This document shows positions 26,728-40,419 of a stretch of DNA of 64,000 bases, piece after piece (the first letter of the stretch is position 1; each line of letters begins with the position of its first letter). Position numbers and translations under genes: made by a program. The notes under the pieces were generated by a model, which was given only the letters and a program-made list of their open reading frames with translations, did not search any database and had not been told where the DNA came from. Source of the DNA: Octopus sinensis (lineage: Eukaryota); NCBI RefSeq assembly GCF_006345805.1, contig NC_043012.1:10354001-10418000 (forward strand), read 5' to 3'.

Positions 26728-27008
26728 TCTCCAGCAGGCTATACGACTCAATCTGTGTCCTTATATTTTCGAACAGGGGAATCTAGCACCCCCACGCAGC
26801 TCAAAACAATATCTGTGCATCACGATTTCTAGGTTATTTCTCTTCATCAGCACAGAATAATTGCGCGGTTACACGGCAAATTCCCGTTCAAAATATATAG
26901 TTTTGAAAGTGACAACTAGCCACTGATCTATAAATTAGAAAATTGCTATTTTTAAATCTCAGAACGAAAATATAAGGACACAGATCGTGTCGTATAGCCA
27001 GCTGGAGA
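26728..27008. mobile_element. MITE-like element with ~44-bp TIRs
   Basis: TCTCCAGCAGGCTATACGACTCAATCTGTGTCCTTATATTTTCG (26728-26771) inverted at 26965-27008 with 3 mismatches; no clear TSD. Confidence 0.7.
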
Positions 27009-27402
27009 CGATGTCTCCTTGGATTAAATTACAGCAACATTTGTCCTAAACCAGGACTGCCACTTTATGTTGGCAAACAGTCTTTACTCCAAAGTACTGT
27101 TACTGAATATCCCTTGTTGTGAGATTTAAAAATAGTAATTTTCTAATTTATAGATCAGTGACTAGTTGTTTGAATATCTCTGCTTTTTTTAATTTTTTTA
27201 CATTCAAGACTTTCCAAACAGAAACCGAAACACAAATAAAACTCAGGAAAATGTTAGGCAACGTCAAAAAAGTAAGTTCTTTGCCAACATGTTATATTGC
27301 GACATACAAGGGTTTCCTCACGCTATATTCTTTACTTTTATTATCGTTATTAGTATCATAAAAATGAAAATAAAAGAATAAATTTAATAAAGGAATAAAC
27401 CA

Positions 27403-27481
<79 letters not shown>

Positions 27482-29178
27482 CATTATTATTATTATTATT
27501 ATTACTATCATCATTATTAGTTTGCTTGTTTACATGACATGAAAATAGCCAATTAATTTCAGCTTCTAGACAACTTATTATGGCCAGCTATTTTCGTTTC
27601 TTTTATAGCGGAGACATTTAGGGCATTATTTTACATTTCTGTCTGTTTTATATTTCTACTCCATTCGTGCAGACACATCAACACTATTGTCAGATTGTAA
27701 AGTAAATTAGCTGATCTCTTCACGATATAATTGTGAATATTAGCTCTATTCTCACTCCCATTTTTTCTTTTTCCTATCGATAATACTTAATTTCATATAA
27801 TAGACTCAAAGATTGCCTTAATTTGCTACATGGTTTCAGGTATGAGTTTAGCTGGAAAATTTTTTTAATTCTTTTTTTCCAAATGCTTTCTAACTGAACA
27901 AGATAATGTTTATTACTGACACATGATCCATTTATAACTGTCGCGTTGTTTTGAAACACTATATTTTCGCAACGGTGTGTATGTGAATGTGGTGGCCAAA
28001 ATTGTAAGAAAAAGATCGAATATGAGATTCCCTCAAACTATTTCCTTTTAATAAAATGTAAATAAAGCAAATGTACCAAAGAATTCACCAGGCAAATTTA
28101 TTAAAATGTATTAATAGTTTTGTTTTGGTTAAAAATGTGTGAGTGCATATTCAGACATATGGACACATAGAGAAACACATGCACATATGTGTGTGTGTCT
28201 GTGTGTGAAATTTTGCTGCCTTTGCTGGTTCTGTAGAACCTAGCTTTTCTGGATTTGCAACGAGGCAGGTAACTACAATACCAACCGACATTATAATTAG
28301 AAGTATAATTCTAAATATCTCTTCTACATATTGTGTCCTCAGATTTCTCTAATTGTAACATACTTATTTTATTTTAATCCCTCTTTGGCATTATTTTAGC
28401 CTCTACTGGAAAACTAATAGCTCCTCCTGTTTAATCTTCTCCAAGATTATTAGGTGTAATTTCAATTCATTTCATAGAAGATATTACAGCATCATTCTAC
28501 TGGTATGTGTTCATATTAAGGGTCAATATGCCCGTCATCTGGTTGTAATTTCTTATATATTTTTACAATTCTTTTTACAGATTGCAATATACTGACGAAA
28601 ATATGCATGTTGGCTATCATCTACTTCTTAGATATGTGATATTTGATATGTCTCGGACCCCTGCTCTGATGTAGGCCGTATCTTCGAACTAAATTCCGTA
28701 CAACGCGCATCCGTTAACACAGCTTCGAATGTCATCAGTTCGCTTTACTTTCTAAGCATTAAGTTTTTGTAATTAATTTCTATTCTTGTTTCGAAAACCA
28801 TAATCATCAAAGTGAGAGCTAAAGTTGCGTTAGCTTAACTTCATGTATTTTCATTGTGCATAAGTTTCCACAGAGAAGCGGAAAATCTGTTGTATTTGAA
28901 GTAACATGTAAGTATGTGTGTATATATTTGATTTTATATGTATGTTTGTATCTGTGCATGGCTTAGTGGTTAGGGTGCTGCACTTGATTCAGTAAAGCAT
29001 TTCATTTTACGTTGTTCTGCGATCATTTCGTCATGTGACATGCAACACACTCGTACATGCAATGTCACTTTGATGGAATGAGTGAACACAAACATTTGAT
29101 CACTATAAAAATCATCGGTGATGTTGTTTGGCAAGAAATTCGGAACGCTCATAAGCCGTCCAACGACTGGAAAGTCCA

Positions 29179-29222
<44 letters not shown>

Positions 29223-29228
29223 TGTGTG

Positions 29229-29259
<31 letters not shown>

Positions 29260-29260
29260 A

Positions 29261-29378
29261 TAATTGCAGCGTGGAAGGTATTTATAAGCCTTTAAAAAAC
29301 ACACAAAAATCGTTAGTGAATCTAATGGTTTTTGTGTGTTTCTTAAATGGCTTATAAACAACTTCCACGCTGCAATTA
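29261..29378. repeat. 118-bp near-perfect palindrome (foldback)
   Basis: ~56-bp arms TAATTGCAGCGTGGAAG...TTAG / CTAA...CTTCCACGCTGCAATTA around a 5-nt loop. Confidence 0.85.
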
Positions 29379-29718
29379 TTTTCGTTCCAGCACACGATCT
29401 CAGATCAAGTCACTCGCTATGCAAGTACATATCCTATATATATATATATATTATATTATGGTGGCTATATGCAATTTACAAGCGAAAGGCAACAAGTATA
29501 TTCGTCACTAAAGTAATGGAGGGTTCTAATCAGTACACGCTTTGCTAGAAATAAGAGTCAAAACAACTCTTAGCCACCTGAGAGTATTTTTCTAACGGCT
29601 GGCAAGGGAGTCAGGCTCCCTACCTACGACAAACGAGACAGAGGCGTATCAGCGAGGATTTCAGATTTCAGCATTCTCCATCAGTGACCCATTATGTATG
29701 TATGTATGTGCGTTGTGT

Positions 29719-29763
<45 letters not shown>

Positions 29764-31191
29764 TGTGTGTGTGTACATGTTTGTGGGTGCGCGCGCATTT
29801 TTAACAGCAATTCAACATGGTTTCTGACACAGTAACAAAACTCTATCGCTGTAATGTAACTAAATAATTACAGGCAAAAGTTAATTAATGAACCTGGAGA
29901 CTTTTGTGTATTATTAATGTTCTACACACACAATTTTTGGGAAAGTTCTTGTGATTTTCTTAATATATTTGCCTGAACCATTCCATCTTTACGAAATTAT
30001 CACCTAGATATTTGCTAAAGCTGCTAATTGCACTAATAATCACAGGAATAAATGTGAGATTTTATAACGTAATATATAACATTGTATGTGTGGATGTATG
30101 TATTATGCATGCGTTGGCAAACATCGACAAATGTGACCGTGTGAGATATGTGTGTGAGTCTGTCCGATATGAAAGACTATACCTGTTTGTTTGCAAGTAT
30201 TAGTCTTTGCACAACTGTACAGGATATGACGCATTTCTCCATCATAAAATTACATTAAAACGCATGATTCTGCGTAATTTTGTACATTTTCTAAATGTGT
30301 TTTTTTTCGTAATATCGCAGAGCATTAGTTATACGTGTTATGCTGTATAAGAGCATTAAAATGTTCACTGCCACAACACGTAATTACTCTCGATGAAGTA
30401 ATTCAGACTACATCTTTATTTTAACCGGAATATAAAATGTTTATAAAACTTGACAGATGCAACGGATTGGAAATTGAAATAAAAATACGACAACGGTCTC
30501 CGCTCTAATGGCAAATGCTTCGCACAATACAAATAAAACAAGATTAATTATATTTAAAAGCAATTTCCAGTTTTCATAGGAATGTGTCGCGTAAGTTTGA
30601 TATTTGTTAAATAACATGCACCATATATCAGCTCTAATTACAACATGATAGACACATAAGGTCATTAATTACCAATAGGTGAATGAATGAATGAATGAAT
30701 GAATGAAACCAAAAGTTGTATTAAACTTGCAACGTAACAGAAGAAAAAATACTTTATTGTCAAATGTAATTGTGTGGTACGCAAAATGAAATTTCGATGA
30801 AAATTTCCATTGGCTCAGATGTAACCTTAATTAACAAAGATAAAATGCAAATAAAAATGACATGCGTACTTAATTACAGATCATAATTAATTTTTAATGA
30901 TAAGTATATTTACTTGGACTTGCCGACTTTTCTGACGAAATGTTTAATTAGAGAGGTATCATTTGAGTGCATTAGTTATAAATGCATTTATCCCGTATAT
31001 ATAAAATTTTGTGGCTTTCGTATGTATGTATGTATGTATGTATGTATGTATGTATGTATGTATTATGTATGCATACATGTATGTATGTATGATGTATGTA
31101 CGCAAGTATATATATTTACATGCGTAGATAATCATATTGTGTATATATCTTTTATCTTTTATTTCTTTCATTCATAAGACTATGAATCGAT

Positions 31192-31487
31192 CCTGGTACT
31201 TATTCTATGGGCTCTCCGTTGCCAAACGTGTAAGATACGGGGAGGCAAATGCATCACCGGTTATGAAGCAGTAGTGGCGGGACAAACATACACACACACA
31301 CATCCTACGCATACCCTCCATATATATATATATATATATATACACGACGAGATTCTTTCAGTTTCCAACTACCAAATCTATTCAGGGGGCTTTAGTCGCC
31401 TGATGACACTTGCCCAAGGAGCGAAGCAGTGGGACTGAACCCAGAACCATCTGGTTGGGAAGTAAGCTTCTTACCACACAGCCACGT
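31192..31487 (-). mobile_element. SINE family A, degenerate
   Basis: Diverged match to family A head and body. Confidence 0.75.
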
Positions 31488-31852
31488 GTATATATATGTA
31501 ATATATATAAGGTGTATATATATAAATATATATACACCTTATCTCGTGTTGCTCTGCGATCACTTCGACTCATGACGCGTCGCATACTGTGTACCTGTTC
31601 TTGTAGTGTCGATGTTTTTTTTTCCAGAGTAGAGTAATCAATCGCACTTACAGTTGATCACTATAAACAAATTATCGATGCAGGTCGTTCGTCAGCTGAT
31701 CCAGCATACGTCGTTTTTAACGAGAGAGACCATCAATGTTATAGTTAAGGCGTCGATGTGGCAGAATCGTTAGCATACTGTTCCTTTCTAAATTGCACCG
31801 AGGCCGACTTGGCGTTTCAGTGTATCAAGATCGATAGAATAAGTACTAACTG

Positions 31853-32187
31853 TGAAGGCGCATGGCTCAGTGGTTAGAGCGTCGAGCTTACGATCGTGAG
31901 GTTGTGAGCTCGAATCCCGGACCGGGCTGCGTGTTGTGTTCTTGAGCAAGGCACTTTATTTCACGTTGCTCCAGTTCACTCAGCTGTAGAAATGAGTTGC
32001 GACGTCACTGGTGCCAAGCTGTATCGACCTTTGTCTTTCCCTTGGATAACACTGGTGGCGTGGAGAGGGGAGGCTGGTATGCAAGGGCGACTGATGGTCT
32101 TCCATAAACAACCTCGCCCGGACTTGTGTCTAGGAGGGTAACTTTCTAGGTGCAATCCCATGGTCTGTGTCGTGATCGAAGGGGGTT
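31853..32187 (+). mobile_element. tRNA-headed SINE family D
   Basis: GGCGCATGGCTCAGTGGTTAGAGC...GCTCGAATCCCG head; body TTGAGCAAGGCACTT...; 3' half homologous to 44070-44280. Confidence 0.85.
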
Positions 32188-32462
32188 TCCGATACTGGTG
32201 CCAATGCAATCGACTAGCATCCTCCCCTAATATTTCAAGTGTTGTGACTATATTGAAAATATTATTATTGTTGTTGATATTGATGTTTAGTTGTTGCTTC
32301 TGTTCTTGTGGTTATTATTATCATTATGAGGTTAGTCGATCGGCAGTGTCTTTACACCCACGAAAATTGATTTTGTTCTATTTCTTCCGGCCGTTTAAGC
32401 TTTGAGCTTATACCAACCGGGGTAACTTTGCCAAATTAGCCCTTTTGTATGAATAAACAATA

Positions 32463-32711
32463 CAGTAATCCCTCGCCATATCGCGGTTCACCTACATCAG
32501 TACATCAGGGTTCACACTCAGTACATCAGGGTTCACCTATCGCGCACTCAGGTCATCGTGAATTTTTCTGGCTAATATACGTAAATTTATAACGTGGCTT
32601 CTTTATTAAGTCGCCGGTTTCTGCAGCCGATAGGAATTATAATTTTTTAGATTTTGATTATATCAGTGGGAGGTTTGGAACGTAACTCTCACGATAGTCG
32701 AGGGATTACTA
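32463..32711. mobile_element. Tc1/mariner (pogo/Tigger-like) MITE
   Basis: TA|CAGTAATCCCTCG ... CGAGGGATTACTA|TA: imperfect TIRs and TA TSD; internal CAGTACATCAGGGTTCAC tandem duplication. Confidence 0.75.
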
Positions 32712-33026
32712 TATACCATTCTAGACAGTTTAATTGCTGGCACATTTAGAGCATTGAAGGGTTTAATTTGTGTATTTATTCCGAGTCTGTGCGTTGAGAG
32801 TTCAAATCTCACTCACTTTTGCCGGAAACAGTGGCGCTTTCATGGAGAATCAACAAACTAACTTGAAAAAAAATAGATATGCGTACACTACGCTTCACAC
32901 AGCAAGCTGGCTTATGTTGTAGTCTGTTGTGAAATTATGCATGAAAAAAAAACAATCAAATAAAAACATATCTATTCATGAAAAGACAATAAAAAAATAT
33001 CTATATAATATATAAAAAAAATCTAT

Positions 33027-33398
33027 AGGCGCAGGAGTGGCTGTGTGGTAAGTAGTTTGCTAACCAACAACATGGTTCCGGGTTCAGTCCCACTGCGTGA
33101 CATCTTGGGCAGGTGTCTTCTGCTATAGCCCCGGGCCGACCAATGCCTTATGAGTGGATTTGGTAGACGGAAATTGAAAGAAGCCTGTCGGATATATGTA
33201 TATATATATATATATGTATGTGTGTTTGTGTGTCTGTGTTTACGTCCCCGTCACTTAGCGGTTCGGCAAAAGAGACCGATAGAATAAGTACTGGGCTTAC
33301 AACGAATAAGTCCCGGGGTCGAGTTGCTCGACTAAAGGCGGTGCTCCAGCATGGCCGCAGTCAAATGACTGAAACAAGTAAAAGAGTAAAAGAGTAAA
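33027..33398 (+). mobile_element. SINE family A (full length)
   Basis: Head to (GAGTAAAA)n tail. Confidence 0.9.
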
Positions 33399-34245
33399 CG
33401 AAAAGACAATCTAAGAAAAGAAAAAAACAGTCAACGCTTTTATGTGGGAATGCGACGCTGTTAGGGAATCTGGTTCAAAGTGTGGTTTGCTTTCCTGCGA
33501 TTGCGCAGACCTATTATCTGGTATCAATAATAGTCTTACGTTTCTTTTTTCGTTCACTTCTCAGCAGTGGCCTATTTTCTTAGCAGTCAGGGTTTGTTAA
33601 TTATTGCTCGTATTTTTCTGTGTCTTATTCCCATTATTATGAGAAGCATAATTTGAAAAAGCATGTTTTTCATCCTATAGATTTTATCTAACTTTATTTA
33701 TTATCTGTCCAAGTAATGCTATTCTTCTTAGAAAATACATTGCTCTCTGCTTCCGTTAATGTAATAACAATTGTTTACTGTCGTTAAATACCCGAATGCT
33801 TTTTGTTTCTTTTTCACAATTATTTTGTGTTTTGTGTTTTTGTTGTATGAACAAAGTAATATCCGCATTTTCGCAGATATGTTTGCATTTTCATGTCTCA
33901 CATCATAGTTGTTTAAGCTATCTACACCGTTATGATGCCGTGATCTTATATTTGTCTAAGACAGCAATTGCTTCTTAGACAGACAGTTTTATGTATATAT
34001 GTGTCTGAAATTCACGTTCAAAACTTCGTAACATTTGTCAGTTGTGTGTCATGTCTGTCACTACATAAACCTGAAGATTTCGTAACGCATGAAAGTACTA
34101 GTTTGTTTCAATATTGTAAGATTCTAAAAATTGCAAATAATAAAACCTGGAAATCAGACTTGGACTTTCGTTGATTAATATATTCTTTTATACACAATCA
34201 TGCAAACACACACACACAACACAACACACACACACACACACACAC

Positions 34246-34306
<61 letters not shown>

Positions 34307-34619
34307 TATCGAGGAAACAAGAACATAATCCCAACGTGGCTCACTGCTTACTTTTTAACACAGCATATCTATGAAGAGATATTCACTTGGGTGAAAGCCT
34401 CAACATCACGCCTGTCAATGGTGTAAATATTGCTTAATCTGATATAAAAATGCATATTTTAATTTAATGCTGTTAAACTTGAGTACATTGTCTTTATATG
34501 GTAGCTAACCATCCCAGAATGTGATGCTAACTCAAGCTTTATTTTTTAGCCAAAATGAGACAAAAAATGCTACGAACACAGAATTTCGTTATGCACCCAT
34601 ATTTTTTTCTCATTTCCTA

Positions 34620-34830
34620 AGAAGGCGCCTGGCTTAGCATTTAGGGAGTTGCACTCATCATCGCAAATTGGTCGGTTTCAATCCCGATCTGGGCAGCGTG
34701 TTTTGTTCTTCAGCAAAACATTTCATTTCATGTCGTTCTTGTGCTGTGTGGGTACCAGCATTTAAAAAAATAGACCCTACGTTTCATCTGCCTGTCTTGA
34801 AAGGCGACTAAAAGCGGATTAAATAGGATT
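34620..34830 (+). mobile_element. degenerate family D-like SINE
   Basis: GAAGGCGCCTGGCTTAG...TTCAATCCCG...GTTCTTCAGCAAAAC. Confidence 0.55.
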
Positions 34831-35162
34831 TGCACTCCGACATCGTAAGACTCTCACCAGCAACGACTACTAAAACACACCCATGGGTTGGAGATGTGTC
34901 ATCTCAGTGGTTCAAAGATATCCACTGCCAGTTATAGGTAATCAATAAGGGCTTGTGGATGCAGCGACAAGCTGTTTCAGCACAAGAAAATGGGACATGT
35001 TTCCGTGCCCTTATTTCTTCTCCTCCTCTTCCTGAGAGTCAGATACTACTGACAATAAACTCCCGCTCTAACATATAAATAGAAATCGTAGACAGTTAAC
35101 ATAGGTACCACAAATATCAGTGAAGCGCTTGTTCATATAACGGTCATAGATATATCTTCGGC

Positions 35163-35375
35163 AGAAGGTAGCAAGTGGGCAGATTCGTTAGCACGCCGCG
35201 GAAAATACTTAGCGGCATTTCGTTCATCTTTATGCTCTGAGTTCAAATTCCGCCGAGGTCGATTATTACGTTTTGGGCAGGACAAAATAAGTTCCAGTCG
35301 AACACTGGTGCCTGTGTAATTGATTCCCACCGTCTCCCGAAATTGCTGGCCTTGTGCCAATATTCGAAATCAATA
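35163..35375 (+). mobile_element. SINE family B, degenerate
   Basis: GGCAGATTCGTTAGCACGCC...GAGTTCAAATTCCGCCGAGGTCGA. Confidence 0.8.
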
Positions 35376-35642
35376 TTACGCTGGCAGACGATCTGACATA
35401 CGAACGACTTGTAATGTGTGAAACGGGAACTGCCGGATTAAGGTAACTTTTATAACTGACACAAGAGAGCTGGAAATAAAATAGGTTTTTCTTTATAAAT
35501 ACCCGAGGAATAATATCTATTTAGAACCCTATGCTTTGCCTTAGTTAGCTGTCTTTGTAAGACATTCCTTTTGTATAGGATTGGAGAAAAATTAACATAT
35601 TTACGTGATTCCATAAATTGTGAAGTACTTGAAGGGAAGTGA

Positions 35643-35812
35643 ATATATTTTATGCTTTACCATATATTTTATGCTTTACCATATATTTTATGCTTTACCA
35701 TATATTGTATGCTTTACCATATATTTTATGCTTTACCATATATTTTATGCTTTACCATATATTTTATGCTTTACCATATATTTTATGCTTTACCATATAT
35801 TTTATGCTTTAC
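35643..35812. repeat. 19-bp minisatellite (ATATATTTTATGCTTTACC) x ~9
   Basis: Head-to-tail units with no spacers; one unit carries a T>G variant. Confidence 0.95.
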
Positions 35813-36043
35813 TAGAGAAAAATTTCGAATGAGCCATGTTGCAAAATTGTCAGAGTGTCTGCAAAAATGAGTTATTCCTTGTTCTATTGTACAGATATAA
35901 AGTTAATAAAGCGAAACAAACGATAGTTTTCTGGTATTTTTAGTTTAAAACCTAAAATTTATAACCTCTTGATAACCACTCATTTAGAAGGAGAGAAATT
36001 ACGGATATATACACACATGTACATACATAAAAACATATATACT

Positions 36044-36077
<34 letters not shown>

Positions 36078-36169
36078 CACATGAATATGTGCATGGGTGT
36101 ATAGACATACTTATATGCACAAACACACACACACACATGTATATATGTATGCATATACATATATATACT

Positions 36170-36260
<91 letters not shown>

Positions 36261-36326
36261 CATATGTACATATATATACATACATACTGGCTGTTTTTTA
36301 TATGCGGAATAGTATAACACATTCTT

Positions 36327-36369
<43 letters not shown>

Positions 36370-36449
36370 TACATACATACATACATACATACACAGGAAG
36401 ACACACACACACATATATACTTTCACTGCAACGCATATAAACATATATA

Positions 36450-36496
<47 letters not shown>

Positions 36497-36524
36497 GAGT
36501 GTATTTTTACCTTGTTAATAATTA

Positions 36525-36610
36525 ACTTTCCTGAGGAGAAGATTGAATTGTTTATACCATTAATTCTTTTGAATAGTATCCGTGGAATTTTCGAAACATG
36601 TGTCGAAAGT
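36525..36610 (+). ncRNA. type I hammerhead ribozyme with extended loop II
   Basis: ACUUUC-CUGAGGA-GAAGAUU...AAUUUUC-GAAAC-AUGU-GUC-GAAAGU. Stem I 6 bp perfect, stem II 7 bp with one G-U, canonical core, GUC triplet. Confidence 0.85.
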
Positions 36611-37059
36611 AAAAATATTTGATTACACCTGCGTTACACTCCATTTATTTATTCATATATATATACAGAGTTGTGTACAATTTTACTGCAACACGTAATG
36701 TGTGTGTGTGTGTGTGCCTGTGGGTATTTTCAAACATATTTATTATGTGGGTATTAAATAAGTGAAGTAATGTCTAGCTTTCCAGTTACGTAATAAAGTA
36801 ATATAGGAAATTAAGAGAGCAAACTAATGAGACGATGACATGTTGTCGGTTTAGGTTTTTGGTTGAGCAGCGCACATGAAAGAACTGGCGTAAGATGCTT
36901 ATACTGATTGAGGGAGAGAGGAAGAAAGAGAGGGAGAGAGAAAGAGGGAGAGAGAAGGAGACAGAGGGAGTGGGAGACAGAGGGAGAAGGGGAGAGAGAA
37001 AGAGAGAGAGAGAGGAACATCAACAGGCCCATCCGTAGACGGATAGACTGATGCATAGG

Positions 37060-37104
<45 letters not shown>

Positions 37105-37212
37105 GAATAGATGGATAGCTAGATGGATGGAAAGATAGATATATACATAGATAGGTAGATAGATAGATAGATAGATAGATAATGATGAATGTATGGATGG
37201 CTAGATGGAGAG

Positions 37213-37243
<31 letters not shown>

Positions 37244-37325
37244 GATAGATAGATAGATAGAATGCTTGCTTAGATATACACTTTCATAAGCATCTATATA
37301 CATATGCTACATACATACATATATT

Positions 37326-37368
<43 letters not shown>

Positions 37369-37761
37369 TATATATAATATATATATAATATATACGAAAA
37401 TGTATATATACTTAGATGTACAGACTCAGCCACACACACTCACACACACAAACATACACATACACACGCATTTATAAACAAATGTACTAACGAATATCAT
37501 CTAGCAACAAAATACTACCGACTTTAAGATGTAATTACTGATTCGGCAATGAGGATATTAATCATAACCTAACGACGGTCACATCCGATTGAAACTATGA
37601 TCCAAACAATGGCAAACGCCGAAATGGAAGCGTAAATGAGATACGCGCACAATGTTAAAAAGTGTAAGCGATTACTTCATATTAAACTAGCGATGCCTCA
37701 AAATACTTTTATTACAATGATTGCCTTAAACACTACTACATGCAAGTTAATTTTATAATAA

Positions 37762-38159
37762 TACTAACAGTATCGCCCGGCGTTGCTCGGGTTTGTAAGG
37801 GAAATAACTATATAGCATTTTTAGAGAGTTATAGCCAAAAAAAGCATAAAAATGCATTAAAATGGAAAAAAAATAAGATAAATTTTTTTTTTAATCGTTG
37901 ACTCATCGTAGACATTTTTAGAGAGTTACTTCCCTTAAATACTTCCCGAAAAAATGCATTAAAATGGAAAAAAATGATGGTAATTTTTTTTTTAAATCGT
38001 AGACTCATCGTAGACGCGCGCTAATACACAAAAGGGCTCGATTTGAATCACGACTAAAAGATACCCGCTTTTGGTTAAACTGCACCGCAAAATGTGGGAG
38101 TAGTTAGGAATCTAAATCGTAGGAGACAGACACACAACTTGACTTTTATATATAAAGAT
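37762..38159 (+). mobile_element. non-autonomous Helentron/Helitron2-like element
   Basis: 5' ACTAACAG followed by the CCCGGCGTTGCTCGGG hairpin; 3' ...TTTTATATATAAAGAT|T; internal ~95-bp tandem duplication. Confidence 0.7.
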
Positions 38160-38732
38160 TTGATTATTGGCGTAAAAAAGTTTAGATGTTCAATTGGGGG
38201 TCGATTAAATAAATACCAGTTAAGCAGTGGGCCCGATGTAGTCGACTTAATCCCTTTGTTTGTCCCCCCCCACGTTTAGCCCCCTGTGGGTTTCAGTCTA
38301 ATGAAATAAATACCAGGAATTACATTTTAAACGTAGTACTTATTCTATAGGTCCCTTTAGCCGAACCGCTACGTTATGGGGACATAAACATACCAGCACC
38401 TGTTGTCAAGAGTTGAATAGGGGACAAACACACAGAAACACGCACACATAGAAATGTAAGGTCCAGTGAACAAGGTGTAGGAAGAAAGTAGGTGTCAAGC
38501 AATCCGTAGTGAATAAAAAGAACTTTCAAGGACAATAGTGGTTTATTGAGACGGAAGGTTGTTCATATTTTTTGTATCAAAGAACGATATCCTTGCCCTG
38601 AAGAGTGGCCAGTGGTATACACCTCGCTTGGCTATTTACCACTTCTGAGCTTCCGCCCGCTGTGAAACATATCTAACCCTGATCTTACCTACTCCATTCC
38701 GTAACTCTTGTATATATATATAGATATATATC

Positions 38733-38923
38733 GGGAGAATTTACAAAAAAAAACAAAAGACGAAGACAGGTGGTGTAGACAACAAACAAATGTATTAGTA
38801 TAACGCTCGGGAAGTGGAAAAGTCGTTAACGTTTCGAGCCTACACTCTTCCACACAAAGGAGCACAGAAAGAAACAAGGAGAGAAAATAAAGAATGTGCA
38901 GTGGCTAGCGATCTATCATGGCG
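38733..38923 (-). mobile_element. repeat family P2 (variant hammerhead, decayed)
   Basis: GUGUGGA-A-GAGU-GUAG-GCUC-GAAAC-GUU; homologous to the 2513 and 42923 copies. Confidence 0.65.
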
Positions 38924-39024
38924 AATGCCAGAGAGAAGGGTCACACAGGAGAGCTAGGGAGAAGGAGTGGTAATTAAAGAAGTGGTGATACCAAAGCGAA
39001 GCTGCGCGTGCGTGTGTATAAGAG

Positions 39025-39579
<555 letters not shown>

Positions 39580-39756
39580 TATACATATATATATATATGT
39601 ATATATATATACATATCTATATATATATATATATAATATATATATATATGTATGTATGTATATGTATATATATATAATATATATATGTACATACATACAT
39701 ACATAAATAAATACATACATACATACATATATACAAACATACATACATACATACAT

Positions 39757-39897
39757 ACGACGCGCTTCATTCAGTTTCTTCAAACAAAACTACCCTTAAG
39801 GCTTTGGTCGAAGACACTTACCGAAGGCGCCACGCAGTAGGTCTGAACCCGAAACCATGTGGTTGTAAGCAAACTTCTTATCCTACAGTCACGCCTG
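39757..39897 (-). mobile_element. SINE family A head fragment
   Basis: Match to family A 5' half. Confidence 0.75.
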
Positions 39898-39904
39898 CAT
39901 ACGT

Positions 39905-40140
39905 ACACATACTATTGGTCGCAAGGCCAGTATTTCGTGGTAAGTCGATGACATTAATATCAGTACTCAAATGGTACCTATTTTATCAAACCCCCCACCA
40001 CCACAACAGTAACAACAACTAAAGAAATAAAAGGCAAATTCGACCTCGCCAGAATGTGAACTCAGAACTTGAAGACAGATGAAATATCGCTAAGCATTTT
40101 TGCCCCTTCATATGATACTGCCAGTTCGTTCCCTTACACT
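39905..40140 (-). mobile_element. SINE family B, degenerate
   Basis: Reverse complement of family B head/body. Confidence 0.7.
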
Positions 40141-40419
40141 TTCTTTTCATATTATTTGTCCAATGTTATCAAGTGTAAACTTTCGGAAGACCAAAATGTT
40201 GGCTGCAGAATCAAGGAACTTACAAATGGTAGACAAAGCTCATTACTTCTTGGTTTTAACTGTGAAGGAAATAAACTGAATACAAGCTCAGACGGAATAA
40301 AGATGAGTACTAAAAGGCGACACAGTGGAAGTAGTTTGTACGAGGCGACAAATTTAGTCGGTCAATATGGAAGATTGAAAATTTAGTTTATAAGTAAGAG
40401 GGTAAGAGAGGGAGGGATG

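Noticed and set aside
26755-26855. Hammerhead-like arrangement CUGUG-CUGAUGA-A-GAG...UUC-GAAA...GGA-CACAG (minus strand)
   Set aside because: No NUH triplet, stem III broken, and the 3' half is part of a MITE TIR present in both orientations.
35643-35812. CRISPR-like array
   Set aside because: Units are head-to-tail with no spacers, there are no cas genes, and the context is eukaryotic.
38593-38680. CUGAAGA-GUGG...CUGU-GAAAC (plus strand)
   Set aside because: Stem II mostly wobble pairs, no cleavage triplet or stem I.
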